A stretch of 64,000 nucleotides of DNA from the human T2T-CHM13v2.0 reference genome, Homo sapiens: assembly GCF_009914755.1 (NCBI RefSeq), contig NC_060932.1; one strand, written 5' to 3'. Position 1 is the stretch's first letter. Each line of letters starts with the position of its first letter. Positions 58,061-64,000 of this stretch are shown one piece after another. The notes under the pieces are model-generated. The model made no database searches and had not been told where the DNA came from. It worked only from the letters and a program-made list of their open reading frames with translations. The translations under genes and the position numbers were made by a program.

Positions 58061-61000
58061 ACTGCTTTTCAACTTTTACAAGCAGACTTTAGATACATTA
58101 AGAGCGACTTCATTATTATTATTTAATTAAATATAAAGGCTGACATATTTGACACTGCAAAGGTTCTATTGCAATTGAGAGAACATAGAGGCCAAAACAG
58201 GACAGAAAATATACTAGAAAGAGTAGAAGCAAGAATATTCACATCTTACTAAATGGAAAGACAAGAGATGCTACCAAAAATTAAAGAAATACAGCATAAA
58301 GAATCAGTTGTATTATTCCAGTTCATAAATATAACAGATAGTAAGAAGACATGGGAAACAGAAGTGATGTAACATATTAATACTCATATCAAGGTGTCAA
58401 TTGAGAAAGTTCACAACGGATAAAGCATGAAGAATAATGTAAACAAATTACATAAAAGACAATAATGACAGAAAACCAGAAATGGTTAAATCTTATTGAT
58501 TCTGTGGCATAAGAGTATGGATACGCTGATGGAAGTTTTACTTTCATGGGAAAACTTTATTATTAAACTCTTCAACCATGTTCATATGTTACTGATCTTC
58601 AATGTTAGTAAAGTTGGGATGAGACCACCCAAACTATAGCTGACTTGTTACAATGTCCAAGTCAGAAATTTAAATCAGAGGTCAAGTCAATTTGAGACTT
58701 TAGTTTTTCACCCTTATTACAGAAATAATCATATTTTCCCTGCCCATTTCTTAAGGTTCTTTGAGGTACAAGCAGGATCTTGCATTTATGGGCCTCAGCA
58801 TATTGCCAAGGAGACACTGCATAAATGTGACTTCTGGATACCTTCCTATGGTGGTTCATTGGAGTTGCACATAGGAGCTACTGCAGGCCGCTCTGTGAAG
58901 TACGGCATACATAAACATATGTAGTTTATGACAGCTTGTGACTGGGAACTTCCTGAGTATGACTTCAGGGATCTAAGCTCTGCAATGCTGCTGAGAATTG
59001 TTTTCTTAAGTAAGGTTTGCTAAAACAAAGTGTTCCATCATAGAATAAATGAAAGCATGTAAAAAGGTGGTGGTTCAGGTGAGGGAGCATGAATCTTTGT
59101 CTGAAGTACGATTGGCCTGGGCTAGGCCTGGGTGGGTTTAAACGGCCTGATGCCTTGGTGATTACATAGGTAGAATTAGGCAGCCGGGACAACATCAGAC
59201 TAATACTCACAAAAATAAGATTCAGAATTGGAGCAATGGAATAAAAGGGGACACCGAAGGGGCTGCAAGAGATGTTGAGACTGTAATTTTCCATGGATGT
59301 GAGCTCCTGTGAAGAAATGCACCCCCTCCTGGGGGAGTGTTCTGGATCAGATGTTAGCTTTCTCATGGAGGAGGATTTTCTAAATACAAATATTTACCTG
59401 CTTCCTTTCTACCTTCTTGTATGCCCCTATCCAAAATCCAGACAGTGGACCATCTTTCATGTTTTCCAGTCAGGAAGAATACCTTGTTTTGCATTTGATC
59501 CTCTATTTCCCTGTAGGACCCTAGATCTCAAAGTAATTTATAATCTATCCTAGGCTGTACCATTATTATTTAATAATTTATGAATCAATAATAAAGTATG
59601 GGAAACATAAAGCAAATTAAGAAGGCATTTAAATCAAGAGGCAAAAGCATTTTTCATTGAAACTATCTAGCTGCTTCTTCTCTTTTTTCATATTTCTCCC
59701 CTAGACAGACATCATGCCTGTAAGAAGTGAAACAGTAAATCCTTTTTAAGACTGGCAGAACATGGCAATAATATACAATGAATAAGGTGAATTAAGAAAG
59801 ACACAGATCTTAAGTTGAAAGACTCAAGAATAACGAATAGTTGAAAGATTACCTCTCAAGAAAAATGAATTTTGAGGTCTCATTTTTAATGTCAATGTGA
59901 TGTTTGTTCCCTGTTTAAGGGACACAGTTTTAAGCAAAGGTGATTGGCCTCTGATTTAGTTCTGTTAATTATTTTCTATTAATTAAATATACAGTTATAC
60001 CTTTTTCTTTAAAGAATATCATGGCTACATATATAATACATTTAGGTGTCATTATTCAGGGAAAATATTGCTAGTTTGAATAAATTATAAACTTTTATAA
60101 CCCTGGCAAAAGATCATTGTAGAAGGAGACAGTCATGCTACTGTTAGGAACTCTATAAAAAAAAAAAAAAACTCTTCAACCAGTTCCTGCAAATAAATAA
60201 GTATTAATAGAACTTTGGGGAAGCAGAATATATACTCATTTCATTCGTGTGAATTATCTCAGTCCATATGGTTGAAATTTACATCTCTCATAAATATGTC
60301 ACATTTACACATTTACAAGAATTAGATCATTTTTTCTTTATAATCTAGTTATCCAAATCCATGAGAAACTGTGCTGCATCATTCAAATATGTTTTATAAA
60401 ATAACATGTAATCGAACGCAATTTGAAGTCATACTACACCACACACTGAGAAAAGCAAAATTTAAATGTAAATGTAATAATCTATAATACAGAAGAACAA
60501 AGTTTCCTGTGATAAAAGCACACTGATCTCATTGGGATTTACCACATGGGTGGCAGCATAGGAAAGACACTTAGCTGACTGTTATGTCAACTTTGACTAC
60601 AGATACGATTATGGAAATTTTAAAGATCCTCCAATTAAGAAGAAAACCACTGGAGGATATGTAAGCAAAAAAGCAATAAACAATGAAGGAAAATACTCTT
60701 GGCTTAGGCCAAGTTTTAATGTCACAAGGAACTAAGGACACTGCCACTCACAGTTTTAATGGTGGTATCTTATCTCCTGGGAAGCTACAAGCTAACACCA
60801 TTAAGATATTATGTCAAAATATAAAATAGCAATCAGACAAATGCTATCTGAGAGATCAAGGGACTTCTTTTTTCCTTAAAGAAACTGTAATAAGGGGTTG
60901 TAATGATAACTAAAATTTAGATTTAAGTTTGAAGTTGACAAATGATTAAGATTTATGGCTGTAGGGAGATGACAGGGAGACTCTGTGGCAGTGTAAAAAC

Positions 61001-61463
61001 CTGAGCAAAAGTTTGGAATTTGGCAAGGTGTAGTATGCTGCTGAGCGAATTCTTTAAAAACCAACCAAACAACAAACAAACAAACAAACAAACTGAAAAC
61101 CTACTTTGCAGTGTTTGCCAATTCTTATGCTGTAGTCCCACTATGACAGATAATAAGCTAACCACATGATGTCAAGGAACACAGAACTTGGAAAAGAAGC
61201 AGATAGTTCTCAGGCCAGCCAGGATAGGTCGGCCACAGAAAAACACAGCTTTGTGGAGCAAAAAGCTTTACACTCATGTTGGGTACACTACCAGGTGGAA
61301 TTGCACCATTTAGTTAGGAGGAGGTAAGAAGCATATAGGAAGCCCTGTTGAAGGTTTGTACTTTATTCTCATTGAGTCACCAAAGTAGTTTGGCTGATAA
61401 AAGAAATGTTAGGATGAAGATGGATGTTAGGAGAGAGTGAGTCAGGAGTAGAAAGTAGGATGA

Positions 61464-61832
61464 TGGTATGCTTTGGCTGTGTCCTCACCGAAAATTTCAC
61501 CTTGAATTGTAACCTAAATTCTAATCCCCTAATCCCCATGAGTTGGGGAGGCACATTGTGGGAGGTGATTAGATCATGGGGGTGGGTCCTCCATGCTGTT
61601 CTCGTGACAGTGGGTGAGTTCTGATGAGATATGATGGCTTTATAAGGGTCTTTCACCCTTCACTCTGTACTTCTCGCTCCTGCTGTCCTGTGAAAACGTG
61701 CCTTCCATCATAACTGCATGGTTCCTGAGGCCTCCGCAGCCATGCAGAACTGTGAGTGAATTAACCTCTTTTCTTTATAAATTACCCAGTCTCAGGTATT
61801 TCTTCATAGTAGCATGATAACGGACTAATACA
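61464..61832 (+). mobile_element. MaLR solo LTR (MSTA/THE1D-like) with 5-bp TSD
   Basis: TG...tttggctgtgtcctcacc...aattacccagtctcaggtatt...ggactaataCA; GATGA on both sides (61459-61463 and 61833-61837). Confidence 0.9.
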
Positions 61833-62769
61833 GATGACAACTGACATTTTAGACATGGGGGCCCATTGAACAAACTTGAAGCCAGTCTGTTTGAGAAGGG
61901 AAATAAATAACTAAAATAATATAGTAAAGGCAGAAATGGAAGTAAGGCCAAGACACTTGAAATGAAGAGTATGACTTGAGATCTACATGATCTATTAAAA
62001 AGTAAATAAATAAAGAGAACAAAGACACAGTAACTTTGATTTTTTTTCTGAGAGTGAGAATGTAATGGAAATAATGGTAGAAATAAGGAAGAAGAAAGAA
62101 TATATTTAGGATGCCCAATGGCACTCTCTTAAGTGAGATCAATTAATTGAGAACAGTCTGTGGAAAGCAGATGGGATACAGGTTTAGGTTTTGAGGCCAC
62201 CACTGTTTTGACAACATAAAGATGAAAAGTAATTAATAAGAAAAAAATGAAAATGGACATAATAAACTTCAGGAACATGAAGAGAAAATGAGCATTTTAG
62301 AAAAAATAATGGGCATCTAGAGTAGGAACTAGTCATCATATGAATTTCTCTAGGACAGAGGAATAATTCAAATACGATTAATCCCAAATCTAACATCTAT
62401 TAGCACAAATACCTTGAGCAAGTCACTTTTCCTACCTGAAGTCCAGATTCCCCACCTATAATATGAATCTTTAATAAAATGCCTACTTATGAAGATTAAA
62501 TTTGCTAAAGTAGTGCCTGGCTTACAGTAAGTGGACAATACATACTAGCTTGTGGGGTGGTGGTAGTAGTAGCAGTCATCGCCGTCATATGCCATTATGA
62601 ATACAATAAACACCAAGCAGATCTCATAAGACTCTAACATTTTACAAAAAAAGGAAAAAAAAATAGGCAAATATGCAATAACTAGCGAAGGATAAAATAA
62701 AAGCATACTGAAGGAAATAACATAATGTTACATGATGACTTGCAGTGGAGCCTGTAAATTGGCATGCTT

Positions 62770-62980
62770 ACAATCCTAGATTAAAAGCCAGACTTGTGTT
62801 TGGGTCATAACATTTACTATCTCTGGAACCTTTTGCAAATTAAAACTCTATTTCTTTACCTTTTAAATGAGTGTTAATAATTATTACATTAGTGCTTGTT
62901 GTGAGAGTTAAATGGTATAATCCAAGTGAAGTTTTTAGCAAATTTTCTGGCATCTCATTAAGACCTCAATAAATGTTAGG
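62770..62980 (+). mobile_element. MIR
   Basis: tttctttaccttttaaatga...ttgttgtgagagttaaatg...ctcaataaatgttag. Confidence 0.65.
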
Positions 62981-63430
62981 TATGCTTTTAATTTTGTACT
63001 CAAAAGATAAATTTTTCTTAGGAAAGTCAAAACCTAAGAGTTGAAGTATGCTCTTTTCTAAAGTCATTGGAACAGTAAAATAGTATTTTTGGAAAATGTA
63101 AAAATAGCAGTGTTGCAGGTAAAGGAATTCTCATCTTGCTCTGAAATATGACAACGGCACTTGGGAGAGGGCACTAACTTACAATCACCTTATCTGAGAA
63201 GACTGACAGTGTTGAAAGAGTTCTTAAAATATACACATTAAATGGTCAAGGAGTGTTTGTAATTTTTAATAAAAAAGATAAAAAGGAGGCAACAGGGCTA
63301 GAAGGACATAAACATTGGCATCAAATCTTTGAATCCTACAACGAGAGGTGATGAAAATAGGCAGAAATCCATGAAGACTGAAAAACAGGATGAAAACAAT
63401 TTTGGATATTTGGGGGATATAATAACAAGT

Positions 63431-64000
63431 TGCATTAGTCTGTTTTCACGCTGGTGATAATGCATACCCAAGAATGGGCAATTTACAAAAGAGAGGTTTG
63501 ATGGACATACAGTTCTATATGGCTGGGGAAGCCTCACAATCATGGTGGAAGGCAAGGAGGACCTAGCCACGTCTTATATGGATAGCAGCAGGCAAAGTCA
63601 GCCTGTGCAGAGAAACACCCATTTTTAAAACCATCAGATCTTGAGAGACTTATTCACTATCACAAGAACAGCACAGGAAAGAACTGCCTCCATGGTTCAA
63701 TTACCTCCCACTGGCTTCCTCCCACATGTGAGAATTGTGGGAGTTGCAATTCAACATGAGGTTTTGGTAGGGACACAGCCAAACCACATCATTTCGCTCC
63801 TGGACCCACCCAAATCTCATGTCCTCACATTTCAAAACCAACCATGCCTTCCCAACAGTCCCCCAAAGTCTTAACTTATTTCAGCATTAACTCGAAATTC
63901 CACCTTCCGAACTCTTATCTGAGACAAAACAAGTATCTTCCTCTTATGAACCTGTATAATAAAATACAAGCTAGTTACTTCCTAGACAAATGCAGGCACA
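63431..64000 (-). mobile_element. THE1 LTR (63431-63790) plus adjoining THE1 internal sequence running off the window
   Basis: tgcattagtctgttttcacgctg...ggggaagcctcacaatcatggtggaaggc...gggacacagccaaaccacatca, followed by cccaaatctcatgtcctcacatttcaaaacc typical of THE1-int. Confidence 0.9.

Overview
Primate, almost certainly human, genomic DNA: AT-rich and dense with Alu, L1, L2, MIR, MaLR and DNA-transposon fossils. The window lies inside the very large CSMD1 gene (8p23.2, minus strand). It contains one coding exon I can support: 208 bp at 32042-32249 (-), with canonical AG/GT boundaries, encoding the N-terminal part of the second CUB domain (probably exon 5; numbering recalled, not verified). 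Everything else is intronic, and nearly all ORFs in the supplied track are artefacts of Alus or tandem repeats. I found no new multi-gene system. The most interesting unexplained structures are four: (i) a ~176-181 bp inverted repeat, ~93% identical, of sequence I do not recognise as a known repeat (26390-26565 / 27630-27810), with a TSD-like CACCTY direct repeat on the outside; (ii) an 11-copy, palindrome-rich 42-bp minisatellite with higher-order structure and a TGACAG motif in every unit; (iii) a ~76-bp segment (Alu target site plus Alu tail) duplicated exactly 1000 bp apart; (iv) a 130-bp tandem duplication carrying a GC box, 2 kb from the exon. Repeat family calls come from remembered consensus sequences, and boundaries of old elements are approximate.
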